Position numbers and translations under genes: made by a program
Shown here: positions 10,001 to 19,943 of the stretch, piece by piece
Numbering within the stretch: the stretch's first letter is position 1
How the letters are laid out: every line of letters begins with the position of its first letter
Notes under the pieces: generated by a model
Told to the model about the DNA's origin: nothing
Database searches by the model: none
The model's input: only the letters and a program-made list of their open reading frames with translations
Assembly: GCA_903929035.1 (NCBI GenBank)
Contig: CAIYTF010000084.1
Span: 13,938 to 77,937, forward strand
DNA length: 64,000 nucleotides
Source of the DNA: an uncultured Ignavibacteriales bacterium
GTDB lineage: Bacteria > Bacteroidota > Ignavibacteria > Ignavibacteriales > Ignavibacteriaceae
Direction: 5' to 3'

Positions 10001-13000
10001 TTCTTACTGAAACGAACAATTGAATTGGACCAACGCTTTGCGCAGAGGGCATTGTTGTAAAGGCAGTATCCGCGTTAACATATCCATCCTTGAAAATCTC
10101 GGTAAAAACATTATATGTTGCTCCCGGATTTCCATTGTTAAATGTAAAGTTTCCCGCCACATCTGTTGTTGTAGAAAGAATTGTTTGTCCTGAAGATGCT
10201 TTAACAGTTGTAGCAAATCCCAAGCCCGCTGGAGCTTGATTTTTAACCGTTCCTGTAATTTTCATTGTACTTGGTTTTAATTGAAATGAAAACGGAGTAC
10301 TATCCCTTTGTGTTAAGTCTTGGACATACCCTGTTTTTTCAAAGAATACCCAATTTGAGTCATTCTCTAAATCAGGAATCAAGAATTTACCATCTAATCC
10401 GGAGACTGCACTACCGGCACTTTTTGAACTACGAGCATTGATTGCTGCACCGCTAATAACAGCACCGGTCACTTTGTCAGTTAGTATACCCTTAACCTGC
10501 CCTTTATTTTTAGCAAAGTCATTAATATCAGCCGAGTCTTTCTGTGCAGATGACGTTAGAGTTTTAATAATCTGTTGTGACGAACTGTATTTTGCTTTAT
10601 CGGCAGTTATCATATAAGTAGAAAGGGGTAATCCTGACACTAAATATTTACCGGCAGGATCACTTATTGCAGTCACTGTTTTTGACGATTTTGTATCGTA
10701 CAAATATACTGTTGCTGATGGAATATTCTCTTTAATCTTTCCAGTAATCTTACCTGCTATTGTCCCATCCAATTTAGTCATTTTTATCGAGATTGACTTT
10801 GTTTCACCATCTTTAATATCATAGTTTTGAATTGTAGTATCAGCATAACGGGATTTAGAAATTGTAGTATCAGTTTTAGAAGCAGTGAAAGTAAAGGTAT
10901 TGCCGACAAGATTTGATATAACAAAAGAACCATCTGCTGCCGATTGGGACGTTCCGCCTGATGAAGCTGCAGTTAAAGATATGAAAGCACCTTCAATAGC
11001 TTTTCCGTCTTGATCTTTAATCGTCCCGCTCAATAACGCGTAGTTTGGAGAAATTTTGAAATTAATATTTGTAAGTGTCTGCCCTAAACTTACAGTTATA
11101 TTATCAACATTATCTCTCGTGTACCCCGGTAGAAATGCACTGAGCTTTGCTTTACCTACCGAAGAACCAATCTTATATTCTCCGGTTACTGAAGTAATGG
11201 TACTATCAATTAAAGCTGAATTGATAGTTAAATACACTTTTGCATTATTAACAGGCTGCAAATTATTATCGAGTACTTTCCCTGTTATAAGAGCCGGCAC
11301 CGGATTTACAGCTGCATTAACTACTTGCAAGGCACCTGCTGCTGATATAGGTACACTTGCATCATTATAAGTAGTATATCCTGTCAAAGCTGCTGATAAA
11401 GTGTAGTCTCTTTCCGCGGGAACAGAAAGTGAATAGGAACCCGAAATATTTGACAGAGTTGAAAATACATTTGCATTATTATTTTTGTCTTTAGCTGTAA
11501 CAGTAACATTTGCAAGAGGTGAACCGCCGGTAGTAATGTTTCCTTTTATCGTTCCAATATTTTCAACAAGAGAATAATTGTGGTTGGCACTTGTCTGACC
11601 GGCACCCACGAAAAAGGATTCTGGAAAGGATTCTGGAGGTGAATTTTTGAATCCCTGTTTTGCTGCATAAATTTTCCAAGTTCCGGGCTGTACACTTAAA
11701 ACAAAGCTTCCTGAAGACGATGACTTTGTCTCGAGCGTTTTTGAGCCTTTAGATGCATAGATTATCGCATTAGGAAGAGAATTACCAAGACTGCTTACTG
11801 AGCCGGTGATAGTTGCAGCATTTGCATCTAAGGAAAAGTTTATTCCTGATAAGGGCTGCCCCGGTGAAAGTGAAACGGCAATTGTATCCGGAGTGACATA
11901 TCCACTTTTTGTCACTGTGAGAGTGTGATTGCCCGATGCAAGACTCATCTGATAATTGCCTGTTGATAGAGATACAGTAGAAACTGTTCCGTCTGAAATT
12001 ACAGCATCTGCAACCGGAGTACCGCCTGTTTCGGAAATAATACCGGAAACACTGCTTTGATTTGGTGTCATTGTAAAATCAACAGCGGTAAGAGTTTGTC
12101 CAACGCCAAGAGTTACCTGTGTATTAGTGTTCGCTGTATAACCTCGCGCATCAACACTAATAATATAAGAACCAGACTTAAGGCTGAGTGAGAACTGTCC
12201 GTTTGATCCGGTAACTGCAGAAATAACCTGCCCGCTAATAGGAGTAGCAGTAACAACAACTTTAGAAAACGGAGAAAGTGAACTTTGCGTTCCTGTTTTA
12301 ATTACTTTATATACTGTTCCGGTAACTTGATTCGCGCGCGGGATAAGTACAAGATTTTGACCTTGAAAATTGTCATTTTTTGAAAGATTTAATGTTATTG
12401 GATTGGGACTCACGAAACCCTGCTTGGAAACTTCAACTATCCAAGCCCCTGAAGAAAGGTTGAATGAATAACTCCCTGTTCCACTTGAATTTGCCCATTG
12501 GACTGTCGCACCTTGAGTAGCTTTAATCTCGGCAAGCTGAACAGGCTGGTTATCATCATTCATAACTGTACCTGAAAGAGTTGCTTTATCAGGTATTAAT
12601 ACTAAAGAATTTGATAAAATAACCTGCGACTGGTTAACTGTCAGGTTCGTTTGAAGAGGTGAAAGATATCCGGGCTTATTAACATTCAGACGATACGATG
12701 CCTTCGGAATTGCACCTGAAAAACTACCGGAAGAACTTGTCTTTATTGTTGTAACCGCGTTCGTTAATACATTCGTCAAAAGTACTGCCGCGTCCTGCAC
12801 GCCTATACCGGAAGTATCAACAACTTTACCGCTCACGGATGATGGGAATTGAGTAAGGTAAAGGTTAACTTGTGTTGGTTTCTGCTTTGTACCATTAACC
12901 GCAAATGTGAATGTTGAATCAAAATAGCCGTTCTTTTTTGCAGTTATCTGGTAAACATCAGTTGGAATACTATCAGTGTAGGAGGAACTATTCGAAACTA

Positions 13001-14213
13001 TATATGGGACGGATGGCGAATAGCCGCCTGTAGTTGAACTTAGAGAAAAAGAATAGCTTATCAAGTCAGTACTATCGGCTGCATTCTTTAAATGAGCACT
13101 GAAAGTACTCATAGGAACATCGTATGAAAAAGTGTGCTTGATACTTTGGTTACCGGAGCCTGTGCCCGTTGTAGGCACCACGAACCAAACATATTTTCCG
13201 CCAAGGAGGTTCTGCCGCGCCGCAAAATCTAAGCTTGTATTAGTAGTTGAACCATTCCATACCGGAAGATCGATTTGCTGATTATTGCCGGCAAATTGAG
13301 TTACTCTATTCAAAAGATAGACTGTATAGCTATTTGCCCCTTGAACCGGATTCCACTGAAATCGAATAGTTTCATCTCCCGGAAAATGCAGGGTATCAGA
13401 CGGAGAAATTAGTTTTAGGGAATCAATTTGACTAACACTAGGTAAAAGGAAATCTGACATACCGCCAAATACCGAACTCGCGAAAGCCACGTCAATTGGA
13501 TCGTATAAATTAAGAATAGTATAGTAGTATCTATTTCCCGGGAATAACGGAATAGCAGATTTTGTGAAAGGAGAACTTGGACTAATATCGCCATAAGTAG
13601 CATTATTCGCTGTAGTAATATAGTCCCACATAATATTTGCACCTTGTATAGCGGGATTATTTCCTAAAGAATCTGTTTTCACCTTAAATTCCGTGCTTGA
13701 ACAAATAATCCAATAGGCGGAAACACCCGGTATAGCTCCCCACCTGAACTCAGGAGTTGAGATATTGATTGAACCAATAGGAGCTGTTGCTTTTGGTGCC
13801 TCTGGCGATTCCATCACAAACTGAATCTCGTTTGAATAAACCGCCGCCGCGTCAGCAGAAATATCGGAAAGATTTTGTTTTGTCGAGTTTGTGATTATTG
13901 CATAATATCGGCCAATTGTGAGAAGAGACAACTTTCCCGGTATAAAACTTTTTCGCACAGAATTTGCATCCAGAGAAATTGAGGTAATGTTATAATTACC
14001 GGGAGATGACCCTATCTTTATACTGCATCCGGCAGGAAGAGATTTATCCCAATCAAGAACTAAACTCTCAGTTGAAGAGTAAAATACTTTAATAAATGGT
14101 AATGGTTTAACTCCGTCATATCCCTTTGCAGGCTGCAATACAATAGTTTGAGCAAAAACCAGAGACGAAACAAGAACGAACACAAGGGCGAAAGATAAAG
14201 TAACTTTCTTCAT
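7053..14213 (-). CDS. 2386-aa secreted surface protein with many carboxypeptidase-regulatory-like repeats and a FlgD-Ig/T9SS-type C-terminal domain
   Basis: Signal peptide; repeated SG.V.D...A.V...T...G.Y...G.Y.....K.GY units; CTD PTPFSP...IFNMRGELV...WDGK...NGRYII. Confidence 0.8.
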   Translation of the reverse strand: MKKVTLSFALVFVLVSSLVFAQTIVLQPAKGYDGVKPLPFIKVFYSSTESLVLDWDKSLPAGCSIKIGSSPGNYNITSISLDANSVRKSFIPGKLSLLTIGRYYAIITNSTKQNLSDISADAAAVYSNEIQFVMESPEAPKATAPIGSINISTPEFRWGAIPGVSAYWIICSSTEFKVKTDSLGNNPAIQGANIMWDYITTANNATYGDISPSSPFTKSAIPLFPGNRYYYTILNLYDPIDVAFASSVFGGMSDFLLPSVSQIDSLKLISPSDTLHFPGDETIRFQWNPVQGANSYTVYLLNRVTQFAGNNQQIDLPVWNGSTTNTSLDFAARQNLLGGKYVWFVVPTTGTGSGNQSIKHTFSYDVPMSTFSAHLKNAADSTDLISYSFSLSSTTGGYSPSVPYIVSNSSSYTDSIPTDVYQITAKKNGYFDSTFTFAVNGTKQKPTQVNLYLTQFPSSVSGKVVDTSGIGVQDAAVLLTNVLTNAVTTIKTSSSGSFSGAIPKASYRLNVNKPGYLSPLQTNLTVNQSQVILSNSLVLIPDKATLSGTVMNDDNQPVQLAEIKATQGATVQWANSSGTGSYSFNLSSGAWIVEVSKQGFVSPNPITLNLSKNDNFQGQNLVLIPRANQVTGTVYKVIKTGTQSSLSPFSKVVVTATPISGQVISAVTGSNGQFSLSLKSGSYIISVDARGYTANTNTQVTLGVGQTLTAVDFTMTPNQSSVSGIISETGGTPVADAVISDGTVSTVSLSTGNYQMSLASGNHTLTVTKSGYVTPDTIAVSLSPGQPLSGINFSLDANAATITGSVSSLGNSLPNAIIYASKGSKTLETKSSSSGSFVLSVQPGTWKIYAAKQGFKNSPPESFPESFFVGAGQTSANHNYSLVENIGTIKGNITTGGSPLANVTVTAKDKNNNANVFSTLSNISGSYSLSVPAERDYTLSAALTGYTTYNDASVPISAAGALQVVNAAVNPVPALITGKVLDNNLQPVNNAKVYLTINSALIDSTITSVTGEYKIGSSVGKAKLSAFLPGYTRDNVDNITVSLGQTLTNINFKISPNYALLSGTIKDQDGKAIEGAFISLTAASSGGTSQSAADGSFVISNLVGNTFTFTASKTDTTISKSRYADTTIQNYDIKDGETKSISIKMTKLDGTIAGKITGKIKENIPSATVYLYDTKSSKTVTAISDPAGKYLVSGLPLSTYMITADKAKYSSSQQIIKTLTSSAQKDSADINDFAKNKGQVKGILTDKVTGAVISGAAINARSSKSAGSAVSGLDGKFLIPDLENDSNWVFFEKTGYVQDLTQRDSTPFSFQLKPSTMKITGTVKNQAPAGLGFATTVKASSGQTILSTTTDVAGNFTFNNGNPGATYNVFTEIFKDGYVNADTAFTTMPSAQSVGPIQLFVSVRNASISGTVGTPSAVISVKNKTTNETFNSVSNSDGTYSVNFLLNGSYTVTVSKTGFTFSPTSVADIDLAVGASRIMDFIATKSSGNLTVNTKDESGVSLDSVSVNITSTDTLYSYSGLSKSGTFTFTGVPTNGVPTKEFVLQVNKTGYSSQSTPKNVTIANNVTATENVTLIKNNVSLSGTVVKDTTLSNPSGVSVAGANVEYRNTATGQTFSVVSESNGNYTFGSLAAGAATISASFTGYKSDTLTDNLVTGMNYTKKNITLSPTFVKLSGKVTYKGAGLANTTVTALSSNSFSTTTDLSGEYSFSALPIKTGTGDTTIYRVSISGTDFQTRDTSVPVPASMKGQSVRLPDFSIPSGKISVTINDGESTALSDVNLIFVRPDGNQSQTVTDKTGKFETQPKLSAGKYKLNISRDNYLSPNDSLTVFNLVNDNSTISRNVSLRYKLTPLTSIDASNPATVTVFYKGTLPALDAKLKYQLGTGSENSVDSVNLANSTITWQIPALHSLVKVTYYVVIRETSTGVVYTSDKYTLTPEAVGILSSISFKPLIDKATLRKNDTYEISMLVKDGKNNSLLSSFQGTAPKGTINWNIDTSVFKISYPKATSGDSTVILLTTLKDTTSKITASGTLNGFSVSQEASVTVGNVILKSINVTKSVQQLSNKSSGLQFSYSGIDTASKAVMLGTNLKWSIVPVGGGTIDSTGFFKPVDSLFIGNVEVTALDKVSGKKGITDLTVYADVDSTSNMTLTDKDGMNLKIVPGSVMIPVKVTLGKAQFGPAKKNYITDLTSYVVSDKQYFITYLSDIKIAGDTTIKPMTLEIQIDPSLRAFEGAKTIGYYNTTSNEWTIRTTNPFGAASFSAEIISFGEYSILAENEPLGIKYAAVLPTPFSPKIAPVQIGYKLNSLQPPATVTIKIFNMRGELVKNVIQNDLQMPGVYKPSTISALAWDGKTNDGYEANNGRYIIQISAKDPSGEVTKLIPVVLVK

Positions 14214-14462
14214 ACTAATTCCTATATTTTTTGATAGTTGTGGTATGGAAAAACAATTTAACTAAACTATTTGGAAAACTTTCCTAACATTATCATATCT
14301 AAAGCAAATTGTAAGGCAATCAAAATTTGCCTTAGAACTAAGCCCTGACCGATTATTGGGAAAAAAACATTATGTTTACTTACTAATTGAAATATATATT
14401 CATAAAGATATAAATGAAAATTGATTAAAACAAATTAAAATATTAGAAAAATAAAAAAATGA

Positions 14463-14984
14463 TTATTTTTCTTTACGCGTGGATGCTAAAATCATATCAA
14501 CGAATTCCCTATAAGCACCTTTCCCGCCGCGCCGTTTGCACACGTACATAGCTGCTTTTTTTACCTCTTCTACCGCGTCACGGGGTGCAGCACTTACCCC
14601 AACCTCTTTCAATAACTCTAAATCATTAACATCATCACCCATAAATGCAACAGCTTCCAAAGTACAATTCTGCTCTTCACAAATTTTTTTCGCGGCAGCA
14701 AGTTTCTCGTATGTACCAATTACTGTATAATTAAATTGTAATTTTTCTCCGCGTATTTTACCTATCATAGAAGCATCTGAAGAAATTAAACCCGTTATAT
14801 AGCCTGAACTTTTTAATAGCACGGCACCCATCCCATCTTTTACATTATATTTTTTCATAGTTAATCCGTTTTCCGTATAATACATTCCCCCATCCGTCAA
14901 ACAACCGTCAACATCAGTTAACACTATTTTGATTTTTGCTAATTTTTTCCTGAAGTCTGTATGTTTTCCAATTTTTTTGCTCAT
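14463..14984 (-). CDS. kdsC: KDO 8-phosphate phosphatase (HAD family)
   Basis: TDVDGCLTDG, FMGDDVND, GGKGAYRE motifs. Confidence 0.85.
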   Translation of the reverse strand: MSKKIGKHTDFRKKLAKIKIVLTDVDGCLTDGGMYYTENGLTMKKYNVKDGMGAVLLKSSGYITGLISSDASMIGKIRGEKLQFNYTVIGTYEKLAAAKKICEEQNCTLEAVAFMGDDVNDLELLKEVGVSAAPRDAVEEVKKAAMYVCKRRGGKGAYREFVDMILASTRKEK

Positions 14985-15065
14985 TCTATTATGAAATTCC
15001 TATTGTTACTGCTATTATTAAAAAGAAATTATTATATTGCAAATATAGCTTATTAAAGGAATACA

Positions 15066-15578
15066 ATGGAAAATCCGCCTAATAAAACAAAAACAGTGAT
15101 ATTCAAACGTCCATCGTGGGATGAGTATTTCCTGAAATTGGCAATGCTTGTATCAGAACGGGCAACCTGCCCGCGTATGCATTGCGGATGTGTCCTCGTG
15201 AGAGACAGGCAAATACTTTCAACCGGTTATAATGGTTCAGTACCGGCACAGCCTCATTGCGAAGAGGCCGGCTGCAAAGTAATTGATAATCATTGCATCC
15301 GCACTATTCACGCCGAAATGAATGCTATTTTGCAATGCTCATCTCACGGTGTGAGTACACATAACGCGACTGCATATATCACGAATATGCCTTGCACTAA
15401 CTGCGCGAAAGCACTTATTGCAGCCGGAATTATTGAAGTGGTGGTTTTTTCCGATTTTCACGATACTCTTGCTGAAGAATTTTTCGGATTATCGAATGTC
15501 ACCCTTCGCCGCTTGGAAATGCCCGCGACGAAAATAAACTATGACTTAGATTCTTATCACTCGGCAAAGTTAAAGTAA
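15066..15578 (+). CDS. dCMP deaminase (ComEB-like)
   Basis: RPSWDEYF, STGYNG, HAEMNA, PCTNC Zn-deaminase motifs. Confidence 0.9.
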   Translation: MENPPNKTKTVIFKRPSWDEYFLKLAMLVSERATCPRMHCGCVLVRDRQILSTGYNGSVPAQPHCEEAGCKVIDNHCIRTIHAEMNAILQCSSHGVSTHNATAYITNMPCTNCAKALIAAGIIEVVVFSDFHDTLAEEFFGLSNVTLRRLEMPATKINYDLDSYHSAKLK

Positions 15579-15670
15579 TGGCACTATTGAAAGAATTGAC
15601 TTAATATTTATACAATATTTAAGAACAATATACATATCGAAAATATTAATGAAAAAAATATGGAAATAAC

Positions 15671-15699
15671 TTGACTTTGAGGAATAATGCGTTTATTTT
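15671..15699 (+). promoter_or_regulatory. Putative sigma70-type promoter of the ilv-leu operon
   Basis: TTGACT-N17-TATTTT(G) about 40 nt upstream of the leader ORF. Confidence 0.55.
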
Positions 15700-15736
15700 G
15701 CATTAAATTTTTTTGTAACTTATTTTATATTAAAAA

Positions 15737-15889
15737 ATGACAAGTGCATACATACATAATGTTTTTGATTTAGTCGCTTCAGGCGGTGGAAATGTGCCTT
15801 GTCTTTCTATTAACTTATCTTCGCTTACTCTTCTTCTAGGAATTAACTTTCTTGGTCTATTAATCGGTATTCTTACCGTTATTAGATAA
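15737..15889 (+). CDS. Putative ilv/leu operon leader peptide, 50 aa (not in the ORF track)
   Basis: MTSAYIHNVFDLVASGGGNVPCLSINLSSLTLLLGINFLGLLIGILTVIR*; 16 of the last 28 residues are Leu/Ile/Val; directly upstream of ilvD. Confidence 0.7.
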   Translation: MTSAYIHNVFDLVASGGGNVPCLSINLSSLTLLLGINFLGLLIGILTVIR

Positions 15890-15996
15890 AGAACAGCTCA
15901 ATCCCAAATCTCGCAAAACACTTATTTATAAAGATTCAGAGTTAGGGGTTGACCTAAAAGGAAGACTTTGCTGAATATCTTTGAATTGAGGATCTC

Positions 15997-17676
15997 GTGC
16001 GTTCTGACTTAATAAAAAAAGGTTTTGATAAAGCTCCGCATAGGAGTTTGCTGAAAGCTACCGGCGTAATCAAAAGCGATGATGATTTCAAAAAACCGTT
16101 TATCGGAGTTTGCAATTCTTATATCGATTTAATACCCGGACACGTTCATTTGCAGGAATTTGGAAAAGTTGTAAAAGATGCAGTCCGTGCCGCCGGCGGT
16201 GTTCCGTTTGAATTTAATACTATTGGTGTTGATGATGGTATTGCTATGGGACACCTTGGAATGCGGTATTCTCTCGCGAGCCGCGAATTAATTGCCGACT
16301 GTGTTGAAACCGTAGTTGAAGCACATCGCCTTGACGGTATTATATGCATTCCGAATTGCGATAAGATTGTCCCGGGTATGTTAATGGCGGCGATGCGTAT
16401 GAATATTCCCGTGATATTTGTTTCCGGCGGACCAATGAAAGCAGGCCGTTTGCCGGATGGAGAAAAGGTGGATTTAATTTCGGTGTTTGAAGGCGTTGGC
16501 AAATTTTCATCAGGATTAATAGATGAAGCGCGCCTGAAGCAGTATGAGGATTATGGTTGTCCAACGTGCGGTTCTTGTTCCGGTATGTTCACCGCGAACT
16601 CTATGAACTGCTTAATGGAAGCCCTCGGCTTAGCCCTCCCCGGCAACGGAACAATCCTCGCGATATCGCCTGAAAGAACAACACTCGCGCAGCAAGCTGC
16701 AAAAAAAATAGTTGAATTAGTTATTATGGACATTAAACCAAGTGATTTATTAACGCTCAATTCATTTAAGAACGCGTTTATCCTCGACTTGGCGATGGGC
16801 GGCAGCACTAACACAATTTTGCATACGCTCGCGATTGCCAATGAATTTGGTATTCAGCTTGATTTAAATATGCTGAATGAACTCTCGGCAGTAACACCAT
16901 ATTTATGTAAAGTTAGTCCTGCTACAAAAGATGTGCATATTGAAGATGTGCATAATGCCGGCGGTATATCAGCTATCTTGAAAGAAGTGAGCAAACTTGG
17001 TATATTAGATACTTCCGCGAAAACAGTGACAGGTAAAACTCTTGGTGAAAATATTGCCGATGCCCTGATACTTGACACGAAAGTAATACGTACCGTGGAA
17101 GACCCTTATTCTAAAACAGGCGGACTTGCAGTATTGTATGGAAATATAGCACCCGAAGGCGCGATAGTAAAGACTGCCGCTGTAGCACCCGGAATGCTCG
17201 TGTTCTCAGGTCCTGCAAAAATTTATGAGTCACAGGAAGAAGCTGTTGAAAAAATATTACAGAACGATGTTAAAGCAGGAGATGTAGTTTTAATCCGTTA
17301 TGAAGGTCCTAAAGGCGGACCGGGAATGCCCGAAATGCTTTCGCCTACTGCCGCTATAATGGGACAGGGGTTAGGAGATAAAGTCGCGCTCCTTACTGAT
17401 GGAAGATTTTCAGGAGGTACGAGAGGTGCCTGCATTGGACATATATCACCTGAAGCAGCGGAGCGGGGACCAATTGCCGCGGTTATTAACGGTGATATAA
17501 TCTCTATAAATATTAACGAGAGAACGTTAAATGTTGAACTATCTCAAGAAAAAATTTCTATGAGATTACAAGCGTTGCCAAAATTTGAACCCAAAATAAA
17601 GAAGGGTTATCTTGGACGCTATGCCCGGATGGTGACATCCGCGAGTAAAGGTGCTATTTTAAAAATGAATGATTAG
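15997..17676 (+). CDS. ilvD: Dihydroxy-acid dehydratase
   Basis: [34 protein letters not shown] motifs; GTG start. Confidence 0.97.
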   Translation: MRSDLIKKGFDKAPHRSLLKATGVIKSDDDFKKPFIGVCNSYIDLIPGHVHLQEFGKVVKDAVRAAGGVPFEFNTIGVDDGIAMGHLGMRYSLASRELIADCVETVVEAHRLDGIICIPNCDKIVPGMLMAAMRMNIPVIFVSGGPMKAGRLPDGEKVDLISVFEGVGKFSSGLIDEARLKQYEDYGCPTCGSCSGMFTANSMNCLMEALGLALPGNGTILAISPERTTLAQQAAKKIVELVIMDIKPSDLLTLNSFKNAFILDLAMGGSTNTILHTLAIANEFGIQLDLNMLNELSAVTPYLCKVSPATKDVHIEDVHNAGGISAILKEVSKLGILDTSAKTVTGKTLGENIADALILDTKVIRTVEDPYSKTGGLAVLYGNIAPEGAIVKTAAVAPGMLVFSGPAKIYESQEEAVEKILQNDVKAGDVVLIRYEGPKGGPGMPEMLSPTAAIMGQGLGDKVALLTDGRFSGGTRGACIGHISPEAAERGPIAAVINGDIISININERTLNVELSQEKISMRLQALPKFEPKIKKGYLGRYARMVTSASKGAILKMND

Positions 17677-17684
17677 GAGACACT

Positions 17685-19400
17685 ATGAAGCAGCATAAGC
17701 CGATAATGAGTGGTGCCGACATTTTCTTTGAATGTTTGCGACTTGAAAATGTTGAGTATATTTTCGGATACCCGGGTGGTTCCGTGTTAAAACTATATGA
17801 ACACCTATATGATGTGGATTTTTTGAAACATATTTTGGTCAGGCACGAACAAGGAGCAGTTCATATGGCTGAAGGATATGCAAAAGCCTCCGGTAAAGTT
17901 GGCGTTGTACTGGTGACATCGGGACCAGGTGCAACGAATACTGTAACCGGTATTGCAGATGCTTATATGGATTCAGTTCCACTTGTTGTTTTTACCGGAC
18001 AGGTAGCTTCCCATTTAATTGGCAAAGATGCTTTTCAGGAGGCTGATATTGTCGGTATCACGAGACCGATAACCAAACATAATTTTTTGGTGCGTGATGT
18101 GAAAGACCTTGCTTCAAACATTAAGAAGGCTTTCTATATTGCCTCATCGGGTAAGCCTGGTCCTGTTCTTGTCGATTTGCCAAAAGATATAATCGCTGCT
18201 AAGTGTGAATTTGAATATCCTGACACTGTTGAATTGCGCGGATATAAGCCGACCATTTTCGGGCACTCCAGCCAAATAAAGAAAGCGGCAGAAAAAATTC
18301 ATAAAGCTAAACGGCCCTTGCTGTATGTTGGCGGCGGCGTGATTATGTCAGGTGCCACGGATGAATTGAAATTGCTCGCGAAAGAAAATAAACTTCCGGT
18401 TGCTATGACATTGCAGGGATTAGGTGCATATCCCGGTTCTGATGAACTTTCATTAGGTATGATTGGAATGCACGGAACTTATTGGGCAAATCAGGCAATC
18501 ACAAATTGCGATGTGCTGGTTTCGCTTGGTGCCAGATTTGATGATCGCGTGACGGGACGTATAGATAAGTTTTCGTTGAAATCTTATAAGATACATATTG
18601 ACATAGATCCCGCCGCTATCGATAAAAATGTTCTTGTCGATTTGCCAATCGTTGGTGACGCGAAGCATATACTTGCTGAACTCGCGAGCGAACTAACCGA
18701 ACCGCCCGCGACTGATGAATGGTGGGAGGAGATAAACGCCTGGCGTGAGGAATGCCCGATGGAATATGAGAAAAGTGACGGATTGCTTCGTACCGAATAT
18801 ATTATTGAGCGAATCTCGGAAAAGACCAAAGGCAACGCGATAATTGTTTCCGATGTTGGGCAGCATCAAATGTGGATTGCCCAGCACTATAAGTATGAAA
18901 ACCCGCGCAGTAACCTGACAAGCGGTGGATTAGGTACTATGGGTTTTTCAGTTCCTGCAGCCATTGGTGCTTATTTTGCCCGACCTGATAAGCCAATTAT
19001 CTCGATAAGCGGCGATGGCGGCTTTCAGATGAATATGCAGGAATTAATCACAGCGGCAGCGAATAAATTGCCAATCAAGTTTTTTATTATTAACAATAAC
19101 TTTCTTGGTATGGTGCGGCAGTGGCAGGAACTGTTTCACGCGGAAAAATATAGTTTTACCGATCTTTCGCAGAGCAATCCCGATTTCGTGAAAGTAGCGG
19201 AAGCGTTTGGCTGTGTTGGAATGTCCACTAGCTCGGTGGAAGAAGTCGATAAATTGATTGACAAAGCATTCGCGATTACCGACAGACCCGTTGTCGTGGA
19301 ATTTAAAGTTGTAAGGGAAGATATGGTTTTCCCGATGGTGCCGGCAGGGGCATCTATTAACGATATGATCGTGAAACGATTAAGTCCCAAATTGATGTAA
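17685..19400 (+). CDS. ilvB: Acetolactate synthase large subunit
   Basis: FGYPGG, RHEQGA, TSGPGATN, GDGGFQM TPP motif. Confidence 0.96.
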   Translation: MKQHKPIMSGADIFFECLRLENVEYIFGYPGGSVLKLYEHLYDVDFLKHILVRHEQGAVHMAEGYAKASGKVGVVLVTSGPGATNTVTGIADAYMDSVPLVVFTGQVASHLIGKDAFQEADIVGITRPITKHNFLVRDVKDLASNIKKAFYIASSGKPGPVLVDLPKDIIAAKCEFEYPDTVELRGYKPTIFGHSSQIKKAAEKIHKAKRPLLYVGGGVIMSGATDELKLLAKENKLPVAMTLQGLGAYPGSDELSLGMIGMHGTYWANQAITNCDVLVSLGARFDDRVTGRIDKFSLKSYKIHIDIDPAAIDKNVLVDLPIVGDAKHILAELASELTEPPATDEWWEEINAWREECPMEYEKSDGLLRTEYIIERISEKTKGNAIIVSDVGQHQMWIAQHYKYENPRSNLTSGGLGTMGFSVPAAIGAYFARPDKPIISISGDGGFQMNMQELITAAANKLPIKFFIINNNFLGMVRQWQELFHAEKYSFTDLSQSNPDFVKVAEAFGCVGMSTSSVEEVDKLIDKAFAITDRPVVVEFKVVREDMVFPMVPAGASINDMIVKRLSPKLM

Positions 19401-19414
19401 TTATAGAAGGAATT

Positions 19415-19933
19415 ATGAAACGAATAGTATCAGTATTAGTTGAAAATAGATTTGGCGCGTTCAATCGAATAACAACGCTTTTTAGCGGCAAGGGATTCAA
19501 TTTGCACAGCATTTCCATTGGCGGAACAGAAATTCCCGGGCTTTCACGAATGACCCTCGTGACATCCGGAGACGATAAAATGTTGGATCAGATTATCAAG
19601 CAGCTCAACAGGCTTATTGATACAGTGAAAGTGGTTGATCTTTCAAAAGAGCCTTTATCGGTACGTGAACTTGCTTTGATTACCGTCCAGTATATTAAAG
19701 GAAACAGAACTGAAATATCAAGTCTGTGCAGCATCTTTGGAGGAAAAGTAGTTGATATAACAAGTAAAACATTAACTATAGAAATAACCGGTCCGCCGGA
19801 TAAAATCAACGCGGCAGTAAACACGTTTCTCCCCTACGGGATTAAAGAAATGGCACGCACCGGTGTTGTCGCCTTGAAACGCGGCGAGCAGGTTCGCGCG
19901 AATGAACAAGAATTTTTACCAAACAATTCATAA
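19415..19933 (+). CDS. ilvN: Acetolactate synthase small (ACT) subunit
   Basis: VLVENRFG...GFNLHSI; EMARTG; lies between ilvB and ilvC. Confidence 0.92.
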   Translation: MKRIVSVLVENRFGAFNRITTLFSGKGFNLHSISIGGTEIPGLSRMTLVTSGDDKMLDQIIKQLNRLIDTVKVVDLSKEPLSVRELALITVQYIKGNRTEISSLCSIFGGKVVDITSKTLTIEITGPPDKINAAVNTFLPYGIKEMARTGVVALKRGEQVRANEQEFLPNNS

Positions 19934-19943
19934 GGAATGACGA

